A program made the position numbers and the translations under genes. From Myxococcota bacterium (GTDB lineage: Bacteria > Myxococcota_A > SURF-8), in the NCBI GenBank assembly GCA_965140415.1, contig OZ223209.1:2336001-2400000 (forward strand): a DNA stretch of 64,000 nucleotides, read 5' to 3'. The notes beneath the pieces were generated by a model. It saw only the letters and a program-made list of their open reading frames with translations, made no database searches and had not been told where the DNA came from. Below, in pieces: positions 39,768 to 50,112 of the stretch. Numbering within the stretch: the first letter of the stretch is position 1; each line of letters opens with the position of its first letter.

Positions 39768-39805
39768 CCTCTCCTTGTAAGTACAAGCACAAAAGAGGTT
39801 TGATC

Positions 39806-41152
39806 ATGAGATATCTACCGCACACGGAAGAAGATATCCGGGAGATGCTTGCCCAGATCGGTATCGATTCTCTTGCCGATCTGTTTCGCTCCATTCCGGA
39901 TGATTTAAAACTTTCTAACACATTGGATCTGCCCGAGGCGCTTTCCGAACCGGAATTGATCGCCGAACTTCGGGAATTGTCCGAAAAGAATCTGGTTCGA
40001 GGTTTTTCAAGCTTCGTCGGTGCCGGGATCTACTCTCACCTGGCTCCCTCGGCTGTGGACCATATTTTGCGCCGTTCCGAATTTTACACGGCGTATACGC
40101 CCTACCAGCCGGAAGTCAGCCAGGGAACGTTGCAGGCGATTTTCGAGTACCAGACGTTGATCTCGCTGTTGTTGGAAGCCGAAGTGACCAATGCGTCGAT
40201 GTACGACGGCGCGACCGGCTGTGCCGAAGCGGCCTTGATGGCTCGCCGCATTCAGCGCAAGCGTTCCAAAGTGTTGATCGCCAGAAACGTGCACCCGGAA
40301 TTCCGGCGTGTGACCCAGACCTACATGGTCAATACTCCCGAGGATCTGGTTGAAGTTGCATTCGACGATCAGGGCCGCATCGATCGTGCGGACCTGCAAA
40401 GCAAGCTGACCGACGATGTCGCCTGCTTGATCGTGGGGCATCCGAATTACTTCGGTGTGCTGGAATCTCTCGACGAGCTTTCCCAGATCGTGCACGACGC
40501 CAAAGCCCTGTTGGTGGTCACGTTCAGCGAACCGCTGGCTTACGGTATTCTACCCGGACCGGGAAGAGCCGGAGCGGACATCATCGCAGGCGAGGGACAG
40601 TCGTTTTTGGGTGCAATGAACTTCGGCGGTCCTTCGTTGGGGATTTTCTCCACGCGCGATAAATTCGTGCGCCAGATGCCGGGGCGCGTTTGCGGCATGA
40701 CAAAGGATGTGGAAGGACGGCGCGGATTCGTGCTGACGCTTTCCACTCGCGAGCAGCACATCCGGCGAGAAAAGGCGACCAGCAATATCTGCACCAACCA
40801 GGGACTGTGTGCGCTTTCTGCGGCGATCTTCCTTTCCCTGATGGGTAAAGGCGGGTTGCGTCGGCTGGCGGAAATCAATCTGGCCAAGAGCGAATACCTC
40901 AAGAAACGCATTGATGCGCTAGAGGGTTACAAAGTCGCTTTTGCTGCTCCGAGTTTCAATGAATTCGTCATTCATTGTGCCCGAAAGAATGCCGACGACG
41001 TTCGCTGCGATCTGTACGGCAAAAACATACTGGCGGGTGTGGATCTTAAAGACGATTACCCCGAACTGGATTCTCACCTGTTGTTGAATGTCACCGAAAT
41101 GCACCGGCGGGCCGACATCGATGCGTTGATCGATGCATTGGACGCGGAATAA
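39806..41152 (+). CDS. gcvPA: Glycine dehydrogenase subunit 1
   Basis: RSEFYTAYTPYQPEVSQG, NASMYDG, TREQHIRREKATSNICTNQ. Confidence 0.96.
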   Translation: MRYLPHTEEDIREMLAQIGIDSLADLFRSIPDDLKLSNTLDLPEALSEPELIAELRELSEKNLVRGFSSFVGAGIYSHLAPSAVDHILRRSEFYTAYTPYQPEVSQGTLQAIFEYQTLISLLLEAEVTNASMYDGATGCAEAALMARRIQRKRSKVLIARNVHPEFRRVTQTYMVNTPEDLVEVAFDDQGRIDRADLQSKLTDDVACLIVGHPNYFGVLESLDELSQIVHDAKALLVVTFSEPLAYGILPGPGRAGADIIAGEGQSFLGAMNFGGPSLGIFSTRDKFVRQMPGRVCGMTKDVEGRRGFVLTLSTREQHIRREKATSNICTNQGLCALSAAIFLSLMGKGGLRRLAEINLAKSEYLKKRIDALEGYKVAFAAPSFNEFVIHCARKNADDVRCDLYGKNILAGVDLKDDYPELDSHLLLNVTEMHRRADIDALIDALDAE

Positions 41153-41168
41153 GAAAGGGGAGTGCAAC

Positions 41169-42677
41169 ATGAGTGCGGATCTCAATAAGCAAAGCACGCA
41201 CGCTCCTGGAACCACCGGGTTGGCGATGGAAGAGCCGCTTGTTTTCGAGCGCGGCAGCCAGGGGCGTATCGGATACAGTCTCCCGAAACTCGACGTACCG
41301 GAAGTCGATCCGGCGCAGGTGTTGGGAAGCGAATTCGATCGCAAGGAAATCGTCGATTTCCCGGAGATTTCCGAAGTGGAAGTCATGCGTCATTTCGTGC
41401 GGATGAGCCAGTGGAATTACGGTGTGGATACCGGATTTTATCCGCTGGGTTCCTGTACGATGAAATATAATCCCAAAATCAATGAGGATACCTGCCGCTA
41501 CGAAGGGTTCACCCAAAGTCACCCGGCCTATCCCGAGCACATGGTGCAGGGATCGCTGGAGTTGATGTATCGGCTGGAAAACATGCTGGCTGAAATTGCA
41601 GGCATGGATGCCACCACCTTGCAGCCCAGCGCGGGTGCGCATGGCGAATTGACTGGTTTGATGCTCATTCGTGCGTATCACATGGATCGCGGTGACAAGC
41701 GCAGCAAGATTCTGGTTCCCGATAGCGCACATGGCACCAATCCGGCGTCTTCTGCATTATGCGGGTTCGATGTTGTGGAAGTGAAGTCCGGTCCCGATGG
41801 TTACCTGCTACCCGAGGCTGTTAAAGAAGCCATGGACGATCAGGTGGCGGCGCTGATGGTCACCAATCCCAATACGGCGGGAATTTTCGAGCGCCACATT
41901 GCGGAAATCGCCCAGATCGTACATGAGGGCGGCGGTTTGATGTACAACGACGGCGCCAATATGAATGCGCTGATGGGCGTTGCACGTCCCGGCGATATGG
42001 GATTTGACGTCATTCAGTACAATCTTCACAAAACCATGTCTACGCCTCACGGCGGCGGCGGCCCCGGTTCCGGTCCAGTGAGTGTCAAAGAAATCCTGCG
42101 ACCTTACTTGCCGGCTCCGCATATTCATCAGACCGAAGAAGGCTTTCGATGGAACTGGGATCTCCCGAAAAGCATCGGTAAAATAAAAGGCTTTTACGGA
42201 AACTTCGGTGTAATGGTGCGTGCTTATACCTACATCCGTGAGATGGGGCCGGAAAATATCAGAAAAGCGGCACAGTACGCGGTTTTAAATGCCAACTACG
42301 TGCGCGCCGGATTGAAAGATCGTTTCCATCTACCGTATGAAACCGACAGCATGCACGAAGTTGTCTTTACCGACAAACTCCAGGCCGCTCGTGGCGTGAC
42401 AACCATGGATATGGCCAAGAAGCTGTTGGATCTCGGTTTTCATGCACCGACGGTGTATTTCCCGTTGATCGTCCATGCCGCGATGATGATCGAACCGACG
42501 GAAACAGAAAGCCGTTTTTCCTGCGATCAGTTCATCGAAGCCATGCGTCTGATCGATGAGGAGAGCAAGACTGAACCGGAAGGCTTCCACGATTATCCGA
42601 AACACACCTTCCGGCGCAGGCTTGATGAAGTCCAGGCGGCAAGAAAGCCTGTTTTACGCTGGCGTAAAGAGGATTAA
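41169..42677 (+). CDS. gcvPB: Glycine dehydrogenase subunit 2
   Basis: YPLGSCTMKYNP, SAHGTNPAS, NLHKTMSTPHGGGGPG, MIEPTETES. Confidence 0.96.
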   Translation: MSADLNKQSTHAPGTTGLAMEEPLVFERGSQGRIGYSLPKLDVPEVDPAQVLGSEFDRKEIVDFPEISEVEVMRHFVRMSQWNYGVDTGFYPLGSCTMKYNPKINEDTCRYEGFTQSHPAYPEHMVQGSLELMYRLENMLAEIAGMDATTLQPSAGAHGELTGLMLIRAYHMDRGDKRSKILVPDSAHGTNPASSALCGFDVVEVKSGPDGYLLPEAVKEAMDDQVAALMVTNPNTAGIFERHIAEIAQIVHEGGGLMYNDGANMNALMGVARPGDMGFDVIQYNLHKTMSTPHGGGGPGSGPVSVKEILRPYLPAPHIHQTEEGFRWNWDLPKSIGKIKGFYGNFGVMVRAYTYIREMGPENIRKAAQYAVLNANYVRAGLKDRFHLPYETDSMHEVVFTDKLQAARGVTTMDMAKKLLDLGFHAPTVYFPLIVHAAMMIEPTETESRFSCDQFIEAMRLIDEESKTEPEGFHDYPKHTFRRRLDEVQAARKPVLRWRKED

Positions 42678-42967
42678 TGGCCGATTTCAAGCCGAACTGT
42701 CCCATAAATAATGCCGCTTCCGTAAAAACGGGAGCGGCATCGTTTCTTCAAATCATGTGCAAAGTGTTGATGGTCGGTTCCGCTATGGTTTTGCTACTAT
42801 GGTTTACGGCTTTCATGCTGCTGTTTTTCCTCTTCCTGCCGGTCTTTTTCGTGATCGACTGGGCGCGCACCGGTCGACGTCAGAACCCCGCACGATTACT
42901 ACGCTTTATGTGGATCAATCGTCCCAGATTGGGCGTTCAAACCTCTTCTCGTCCCCCGGATTGTTAA
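42677..42967 (+). CDS. Small putative membrane protein
   Basis: TAATG stop/start overlap with gcvPB; long hydrophobic stretch followed by an Arg-rich tail. Confidence 0.5.
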   Translation: MADFKPNCPINNAASVKTGAASFLQIMCKVLMVGSAMVLLLWFTAFMLLFFLFLPVFFVIDWARTGRRQNPARLLRFMWINRPRLGVQTSSRPPDC

Positions 42968-42982
42968 CGATTTAGCACTCGA

Positions 42983-43753
42983 TCAGGGCGTTTTCCAGCC
43001 GAAGCCGCCCGAAACGGCAAGGTTCGTCCCGGTAATTTGCGAAGCTTGTTCCGAAAGCAGGAATTGCACCGCCTGGTAAACGTCTTCTGCGCGGGTAAGG
43101 CGACCGGAGGGAATATGCTTTCTCAGTCCCAGTTGATCGTCGTCAACCGTGGCTGTCAATCCCGGTGCAATGGCGTTGACAGTGATGCCCATGGGAGCGA
43201 GTTCTACAGAAAAGGATCGAATAAGTGAAAGCAAGCCACTTTTACAGGCGGCATAGGCTCCTATCGTTTTGTAGGCGGATTGTTTTTCGACCCCGGCGAA
43301 AGTGAACTGAACAATCGCTCCGCCTCGATTGCGCTGAAGCAGAGGCACGGATTGTTGAATGGCAATAAAGGCTTGCAGCAGGTTGCCTTCGAACAGCGCC
43401 TCAAAGGTTTCTGGGCTGGTTTCCATCAACGATCGTCTATGAAAGGGACCGATGGTATTGACGACACCTGCCAGGCTTTCCGTCGTTTCGTAGATGCGCT
43501 CGAAAAAGCGCAGCACGGAAGATGGCGTGCGTGCATCAAGCGGAAAACAGCCACGTACCAATTCAGGTTTTTTAACTTGCAGATCGATAACCGCTTCCGG
43601 GTCGCTGCGATAGGAAAGCAACACCGGGCGGTTTTCTTCGACTAATCGCCGGGCGATGTGCAACCCGAGGTTCTGACCGGCTCCCAGTACCAATACGGGA
43701 GCGGGACTTTTCTGAGTTTGTTCAACTTCAGGATCGTTCGAAGATTGCGTCAT
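42983..43753 (-). CDS. Short-chain dehydrogenase/reductase
   Basis: VLGAGQNLG, YAACK, GITVNAIAPG, ITGTNLAVSGG. Confidence 0.9.
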   Translation of the reverse strand: MTQSSNDPEVEQTQKSPAPVLVLGAGQNLGLHIARRLVEENRPVLLSYRSDPEAVIDLQVKKPELVRGCFPLDARTPSSVLRFFERIYETTESLAGVVNTIGPFHRRSLMETSPETFEALFEGNLLQAFIAIQQSVPLLQRNRGGAIVQFTFAGVEKQSAYKTIGAYAACKSGLLSLIRSFSVELAPMGITVNAIAPGLTATVDDDQLGLRKHIPSGRLTRAEDVYQAVQFLLSEQASQITGTNLAVSGGFGWKTP

Positions 43754-43892
43754 GTAGTCGCCTTTCCTAGAGAACTCGCCATAGCGTATGCAAATCGAAA
43801 GGAAGTGTATCGCAAAAACCGTGAAGAAGGCAAGAAGGTGACGATATAGAGTTTTGCTATAGAAGTTCTTAATAATTGCTAGTTACGGATAC

Positions 43893-44028
43893 GAAGATTT
43901 TGTGCCATAGTCTTACGCGATCAGAGATCGTGGAAGGCTGTGTATCTTCAATAGGTTAGACACGGCCTCCCGGGATTTCCATTCCGTGAAACCATGGCAC
44001 ATCCCAATTACTCGATGGTCAGGAATGA
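43893..44028 (-). repeat. 136-bp structured dispersed repeat, copy 1
   Basis: Reverse complement of 56037-56172 with about 17 mismatches and no gaps (manual alignment). Confidence 0.9.
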
Positions 44029-44063
44029 ATGATAGAGGATCTAGAAAGAGAGAGACTCAGATA

Positions 44064-45008
44064 TCAACGGAGGCAGGTGTTTTTATAGGCGCTCTGCAAT
44101 CGCGACGCGCTTTCTCTCAACCCCAGTAGTTCCCGTTCGGATAGGTTCAATTCAAGTGCTTTTTCAACGCCTTTGGCACTGATGAGCGTCGGCAGGCCCA
44201 GGCAGACATCGTTTAAGCCATATTGACCGCGAGTGGGAGTGGAAACCGTCAATACCCGACGCTCGTCTTCCAGGATAGCTCGAATGATGCGCGCGACTGC
44301 CATACTGACACCGTAGTTCGTAACCCCCTTGGCGCGAATGATATTTTCGGCGGAGGTTCGTACGCGCTCGGTGATGGACTCTCGGATCGCTTCGGTAAAG
44401 CTTACGCCGGCATGTTGGCAATAAAGCTCCAATGACATGCCACCAACCTGGGCGGAACTCCACAACGGCGTTTCGCTGTCGCCATGCTCACCCACGATAT
44501 AAGCGTGAACGTTATGCGGGTCGACGTCCAACCATTCACTGAGCATGAAGCGGAAACGGGCCGTATCCAGAACCGTACCGGAGCCTAAAACCCGTCCCGG
44601 CGGCAGGTCGGATTCCTCCAGGCAGAGCCGGGTCAGAACGTCGACCGGATTGGATACGATCAGCAGAATGCCATCGAATGGCTTTTCTAATAGCGATCCA
44701 AGAACATTACGTGTGATTTCGACATTTCGTTTCAGTAAATCCAGGCGGCTTTCTCCCGCTTTCTGCTTGGCTCCGGCAGTAAGCACTACAATGTCTGCAT
44801 CCCGGATATCGTCGTAATCTCCGGTATTTATCGCCACGCGGGGAGAGAAGGGCAGACCGTGATTCAGATCCATCACTTCACCGATCAGGCGCTGCTGGTT
44901 TTTGTCGAGCAACACGATCTCTCTTGCAATTCCAGATACTTCCAGTGTGTACGCCAGTGTCACGCCGACTGCTCCTGCACCGATGATTCCGATTTTCTGT
45001 CTTTTCAT
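44064..45008 (-). CDS. ldh: L-lactate dehydrogenase
   Basis: IIGAGAVG, TAGAKQKAGESRLDL, SNPVD, GSGTVLDTARF, GEHGDS, KGVTNYG. Confidence 0.92.
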   Translation of the reverse strand: MKRQKIGIIGAGAVGVTLAYTLEVSGIAREIVLLDKNQQRLIGEVMDLNHGLPFSPRVAINTGDYDDIRDADIVVLTAGAKQKAGESRLDLLKRNVEITRNVLGSLLEKPFDGILLIVSNPVDVLTRLCLEESDLPPGRVLGSGTVLDTARFRFMLSEWLDVDPHNVHAYIVGEHGDSETPLWSSAQVGGMSLELYCQHAGVSFTEAIRESITERVRTSAENIIRAKGVTNYGVSMAVARIIRAILEDERRVLTVSTPTRGQYGLNDVCLGLPTLISAKGVEKALELNLSERELLGLRESASRLQSAYKNTCLR

Positions 45009-45304
45009 TAGCATTAGCAAGCTCCCCGAATCGTTTTGATATGACCAGGCCCAATATATGGAGGGATCAGGATATCCAAGCTATTCCAAACAATCATTAT
45101 TCTCTGTGGCGATGGAAAGATAAATGAGTCGCACTGAATAAAAAACGATTGCGTTTAAACGAGGAGAATGACAGTATAGTTGCGCTTTTTCTGCGCCCCC
45201 GCGAAACGTCTATTACGCGGTTGTGTCTCTTTAAGTCGACGATCTTCTGTGAATTATTGAATACTGTGAATGATCGACGCAGCTAGTTTCGGAAGTGGTA
45301 AATC

Positions 45305-46693
45305 ATGTCAGATTCCGTTCTTGTACAACCGGATGAAACGACGTCGAGTTCTGTCGTAAATCAACGTTCGGGTACGTCTATCGAGTTGATCGTACTCGCA
45401 TTCCCGATGATGATCTCCTTTCTCTCGCACACCCTGATGAGTGTTGCGGATACGTATATTATCGGCAGGGTTGGAACCACCGAACAGGCGGCTGTCGGAT
45501 TGGGTGGCTTTTTAACCTGGGCCGTCATCAGTTTGTTTGCCGGAACGATGACCGCCGTAACTACGTTTGTGGCTCAAAGTTATGGCGCAGGACGAGTTCG
45601 CGAACTGCGCAAATGGGTAGTGGCCGGATTTCTGTTGATCGTGCCGTTTTCATTGACGATTGCGGCTGTCTATCCTTTTCTCGATGATCTGATCTCCGTG
45701 GTTGGAACGGCTGCCGAGGTACAACCTCTTTCCGTGACGTACATTCGCATTCTTCTATTGGGCGCACCATTGATCATGATGCAGTTCAACCTGACTTCGT
45801 TTCTGCGGGGGTTGGGAGATACCGTAACGCCCATGGTGGTTACGATCATTGCCAATGTAATCAACATCCTGCTGGATATCATTCTTATTTTCGGTTACGG
45901 ACCGATTCCGGCAATGGGTGTTGCCGGGGCGGCGGTTGCTTCCGTAACTGCGGGTGTGTTGGGGACGCTGATTTACTTTCGAATTTATTTCGGCAAGAAA
46001 AATCATGAGTTATACGACACTCGGACGTTTTCCGGATTGCACTGGGAAGAACTTGTTTCCTTTGTGCGTATCGGACTGCCGATAGGTGGAGCCTGGTTCA
46101 TCGAAAATCTCGCCTGGAATGTCATGGTGGTATACATCAGTACGTTGTCAGCGGTAACGTTAGCGGCTCATACCATCGTTTTCCAATTGATCAGTTTTTC
46201 CTTCATGCCCACCATTGCGCTGTCGGTCTCTGCCTCGACGCTTGTCGGTCAATATCTGGGGGCGCAACGACCCGATCTGGCCAAGCGGTCAGCCAAACTT
46301 ACCATAATCTGGGGAATGGTGCTGATGGGAACGGTCGGCTTGATCTTTGCCCTGCTTCGAGGCCGATTGATTGCACTGTTCAACGATGATCCGGCGGTGG
46401 TTGCCACAGGTGGCGGCATATTGCTGATTGCCGCCGCTTTTCAGATCTTCGATGCAATGGGCTTGACGATTGATGGTGTGTTGCGCGGAGCGGGCGATAC
46501 GCGCTTTCCTTTATTGGCTCGGTTGACGATTGGCTGGGCGCTGTTTGTGCCCGGTGTATTCGTACTGGGCGACTGGGTCGGATGGGGAGTGTATGGCGCC
46601 TGGGCGGCGAGCCTGTTGTTTGTCGTCGTACTGGGTGTAGTGATGTTCCGGCGTTATCAGAAAGGCCGTTGGTTGGAAATGAAAGTGACTTAA
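45305..46693 (+). CDS. MATE-family efflux transporter
   Basis: Many TM segments; FLRGLGDTVTPM, LVGQYLGA, VLRGAGDT. Confidence 0.93.
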   Translation: MSDSVLVQPDETTSSSVVNQRSGTSIELIVLAFPMMISFLSHTLMSVADTYIIGRVGTTEQAAVGLGGFLTWAVISLFAGTMTAVTTFVAQSYGAGRVRELRKWVVAGFLLIVPFSLTIAAVYPFLDDLISVVGTAAEVQPLSVTYIRILLLGAPLIMMQFNLTSFLRGLGDTVTPMVVTIIANVINILLDIILIFGYGPIPAMGVAGAAVASVTAGVLGTLIYFRIYFGKKNHELYDTRTFSGLHWEELVSFVRIGLPIGGAWFIENLAWNVMVVYISTLSAVTLAAHTIVFQLISFSFMPTIALSVSASTLVGQYLGAQRPDLAKRSAKLTIIWGMVLMGTVGLIFALLRGRLIALFNDDPAVVATGGGILLIAAAFQIFDAMGLTIDGVLRGAGDTRFPLLARLTIGWALFVPGVFVLGDWVGWGVYGAWAASLLFVVVLGVVMFRRYQKGRWLEMKVT

Positions 46694-46853
46694 ATCAAAG
46701 TGATGTCACATTTTTCTTTGACCTGAGGCGCGATCTATACCAATACTAGAGCAACTTGCCGAATGAGAATGAATGACAGGCAAAGCAAACGCCAGTTCCA
46801 AACAATTTGAACCTGTAGATGCTTGAACAAGCAGAATTGGAGAGAATGCGACG

Positions 46854-47954
46854 ATGCGAAACGCCTACATAGCCAAACAGAAACAGGAGAATGGGCGGAA
46901 AGTGCTGGCCGTACTTCCGATCAGCTATCCCAAGGAAATTCTTACTGCAATGAATATTCTGGCGGTGGAAATCTGGGGGCCTCCCGGACCGCCTCGCAGC
47001 GCCGAAGCAGGACGCATTCAGACTTATGTCTGTCCGATCGTGCGTAACGCTCTGGGATTCATGGCGGGTGGTGGTATCCAGGCTGTTGACGGCGTTCTTT
47101 TTCCGCATACCTGCGATAGCATACAGGGCTTGGCGACTCAGTTGCCCGATCTGGGTGAATGGCCGCTGCCGGTCTTCAATTTCATTCATCCCAAGGGTGA
47201 TGATCGCCCCAGCATGCGGCGTTACTTGAAACAGGAGCTATTAAGCTTTGCCGGCGATCTGCAACAACTGACGGGAACCGTTCTCGATCCTGCCAAACTT
47301 GCCGACGCCATCCGGCTACATCGGGAAATCGATGCGTTACGCATGGAGTTGATTGGCAGACGCCGATATGTACCGCAAAGCGACAAGGAGTTCTATGGTG
47401 CTCTACGAAAGGGTGAATATCTGTGGCCGGAAGAGTACCTGGCTGAGTTGCAGGAACTGAAGAAAGGGCTTTCCGATCAACCGGTGCAAACGGGTACGCC
47501 GATCATGATCAGCGGGATCGTTCCGGAACCCATGAGCATATACGACAATCTCAACGAAGCGGGCGCGGTTGTTGTTGCCGATGATTATGCCGCCATCGGA
47601 CGCCGCATTACGGCATTCCAGCCTGTTCAAGTTGCAAATGATCCCTTCGATACGCTGGTTGAGTTGTATTTCAAGCAGCCTCCCTGTTCCACGCGCGAAG
47701 GCCTGATCGATCCAAGGCGCGATTACCTGATGATGCGCTTCCGCGAATCGGAAGCACAAGGCGTCATTTTGCATAACATCAAATTCTGCGAGCCTGAACT
47801 GTTCGATGTTCCGCATCTTCGCAAGCGTTTCGCCGAAGAGAATATCCCCCTGCTTTACATGGAAGGCGAATTGGAGACGGAATTGTCCGGTCAGGCGATT
47901 ACAAGGTTGGAAGCGTTTGTGGAGATGGCGTCCAACGGCAGGAGGCAGTCATGA
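46854..47954 (+). CDS. 2-hydroxyacyl-CoA dehydratase subunit (beta-like)
   Basis: CPIVR, HTCDS, VVADD, KFCEPE, TRLEAFVEM. Confidence 0.88.
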   Translation: MRNAYIAKQKQENGRKVLAVLPISYPKEILTAMNILAVEIWGPPGPPRSAEAGRIQTYVCPIVRNALGFMAGGGIQAVDGVLFPHTCDSIQGLATQLPDLGEWPLPVFNFIHPKGDDRPSMRRYLKQELLSFAGDLQQLTGTVLDPAKLADAIRLHREIDALRMELIGRRRYVPQSDKEFYGALRKGEYLWPEEYLAELQELKKGLSDQPVQTGTPIMISGIVPEPMSIYDNLNEAGAVVVADDYAAIGRRITAFQPVQVANDPFDTLVELYFKQPPCSTREGLIDPRRDYLMMRFRESEAQGVILHNIKFCEPELFDVPHLRKRFAEENIPLLYMEGELETELSGQAITRLEAFVEMASNGRRQS

Positions 47955-49270
47955 TTAAGCGGAGGTTGCAGTATGAGTTGGTAGGGCGGGTCGTCGGTCC
48001 GGCCATGATGAAATTCAACCAGTGGCAGACGGAACAAAAACGCAAGAAGCGCAAGCCGAAGGAAAATGCGTTCGGACCGCCATTGCAATGCAACGACAAG
48101 CTCCGTGAAATCATGACCATGCACTATTTCCAGGGGCGTTACGCCGATGGCGCGGTGCCTGTGGCCTGGGTGACGAGCGGGTTTCCGTCCGAAGTGCTGC
48201 GCCTTTTAGGCTATTATGTCATTTATCCGGAAAATCATGCCGCATTGTGCGGTGCGCGAAAGATGACGCCGGAAATTTCCGATGTGGCCGAGCAGGAAGG
48301 CTATGCACGCGACGTGTGCAGCTATGCCCGCACCGACATCGGAAACGTGCTGAAGACCAATACGCCGGTTGGACGTTTACCCAAGCCGGATCTGGTGGCT
48401 TGTTGCACCAATATCTGTCAGACCGTTCTGTATTGGTATCGTGCGCTGGCCGAATATTTCCAGGTGCCGCTGGTGCTGATCGATACACCGTTTATCTACG
48501 GTGAGATGAAAGATCATCACGTATTGTACGTCAAGGAACAGTTGGAAGAACTGATCCAGGTGGCGGAGAAAGTCGCTGGAAGAAAGGTGGATGAGGAGAA
48601 GTACGTCGAGATCCTGTACAAATCCCTGGAAGGCAGCAACTTGTGGGGTGAATGTTTGGAAATCGCGCGCGCCAAGCCTTCTCCCTGGACCGGTTTCGAC
48701 ACCTTTTTCCATATTGCACCGATTGTCAGCATTCGAGGCACGGACGAATGCAACGCCTACTATCGGATGCTCAAAGACGAGTTGGAAGACCGCGTAAAGA
48801 AGGGGATTGGCGGGATTAAGGACGAGAAAGTCCGGTTGTTGTGGGACAATCTCCCGATCTGGTTCAACGTGCGCGAACTTGCAACGATGTTTGCCGAGCG
48901 CGGGTTTAACTTTGTCTGTGCAACCTACTCGAATGCCTGGGCGGAGGCGGGGCGTCTGATCGTTCCCGACGATCCATACGTTTCCACCGCCAAAGCCTAT
49001 TTGATGGTCTATCTCAACCGGGATCTTGCCAATCGGCTGGAGACCATGAAGCAATTGGCCCGGGATTACAAGGTGGATGGCGCGGTATTGCATAGCGACC
49101 GCTCCTGCAAACCGTATTCGGTCGGCCAGATCGACGTCAAACGACGTTTTGCCGAAGATATGGGATTGAAAGCCTTGGTGCTGGAGGCGGATCACAACGA
49201 CCAGCGCCTGTACTCGACCGAGCAGGGTGAAACGCGCTTGCATGCCTTCATGGAGAGTTTCGATGTCTGA
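47951..49270 (+). CDS. 2-hydroxyacyl-CoA dehydratase subunit (alpha-like)
   Basis: YPENHAA, DVCSYAR, LPKPD...NIC, RSCKP, TRLHAFME; ATGA overlap with the upstream gene. Confidence 0.88.
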   Translation: MIKRRLQYELVGRVVGPAMMKFNQWQTEQKRKKRKPKENAFGPPLQCNDKLREIMTMHYFQGRYADGAVPVAWVTSGFPSEVLRLLGYYVIYPENHAALCGARKMTPEISDVAEQEGYARDVCSYARTDIGNVLKTNTPVGRLPKPDLVACCTNICQTVLYWYRALAEYFQVPLVLIDTPFIYGEMKDHHVLYVKEQLEELIQVAEKVAGRKVDEEKYVEILYKSLEGSNLWGECLEIARAKPSPWTGFDTFFHIAPIVSIRGTDECNAYYRMLKDELEDRVKKGIGGIKDEKVRLLWDNLPIWFNVRELATMFAERGFNFVCATYSNAWAEAGRLIVPDDPYVSTAKAYLMVYLNRDLANRLETMKQLARDYKVDGAVLHSDRSCKPYSVGQIDVKRRFAEDMGLKALVLEADHNDQRLYSTEQGETRLHAFMESFDV

Positions 49271-50027
49271 TGCAGTAGCAATCGGGGTCGATATCGGATC
49301 GACGACCTGGAAAGCCGTGGTGATTGACGGAAAAGGCGACATCCTGTACCACCGGGTGGAATCGACCGATCCTTTGATCGCGCAGCAGACGGAAACGATC
49401 TTGAAGGAAATGCGTGAGCAGGCCGGATTGGATGCCTCCATTCCGGTCGGGGCGACGGGATACGGGCGCAAACGTGTGCAGGCAACGCGCATTCTGACAG
49501 AAATCACCTGCCATGCCAAGGGCGCATTCCATCACGCGAAGCAGCCTGGGGTACTCATCGATATCGGCGGGCAGGACACCAAGGTCATCCATATCGGTAC
49601 TAGCGGCGAAGTGGTCGATTTTCATATGAACGACAAGTGCGCGGCGGGTACGGGGCGCTTTTTGGAAGTGATTCTTTCCCGTCTTCACGTTCCGCTTGAA
49701 GATATTGCCGAGCGCGTTTCCAACGCGCAGAAAGCGATTGTCGTATCCAATACCTGTACGGTCTTTGCTGAAAGCGAAGTCGTGTCGCTGGTCGCCCAAG
49801 GTGAGGACGTCAACGACATCGTCAACGGCCTGTTGCAGTCCTTGGCGGGTCGTGTGGCGGCGTTGGCGGGTTCGTTACCAAGTGCGGTTCCGATCTGGAT
49901 GAGCGGCGGTGTGGCGTTGAATCCGGCGATGGTTTCTTCGTTAAGCCAACGACTGGAGCGCCCGGTAAAGGTGCTGCCGCATCCGCAATTGATCGGTGCT
50001 CTGGGGGCGGCTCTTTCCGTACGATAA
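49263..50027 (+). CDS. Acyl-CoA dehydratase activase (HgdC/BadF-type ATPase)
   Basis: GVDIGSTTWK, ATGYGR, DIGGQDTK, MNDKCAAGTGRFLE, CTVFAESEV. Confidence 0.93.
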   Translation: MSDAVAIGVDIGSTTWKAVVIDGKGDILYHRVESTDPLIAQQTETILKEMREQAGLDASIPVGATGYGRKRVQATRILTEITCHAKGAFHHAKQPGVLIDIGGQDTKVIHIGTSGEVVDFHMNDKCAAGTGRFLEVILSRLHVPLEDIAERVSNAQKAIVVSNTCTVFAESEVVSLVAQGEDVNDIVNGLLQSLAGRVAALAGSLPSAVPIWMSGGVALNPAMVSSLSQRLERPVKVLPHPQLIGALGAALSVR

Positions 50028-50112
50028 CTCTATATATTTGATTTGTTTTTCTGGTTCCCGTGGTTTGTAGTTCGAGTTGTTTTGTAGAACTCATGCGTGA
50101 AAGGTAGTAACG

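Noticed and set aside
48377-49519. 380-aa minus-strand ORF and other short overlapping ORFs in the track
   Set aside because: They lie opposite or within well-supported genes and lack motifs or RBS.
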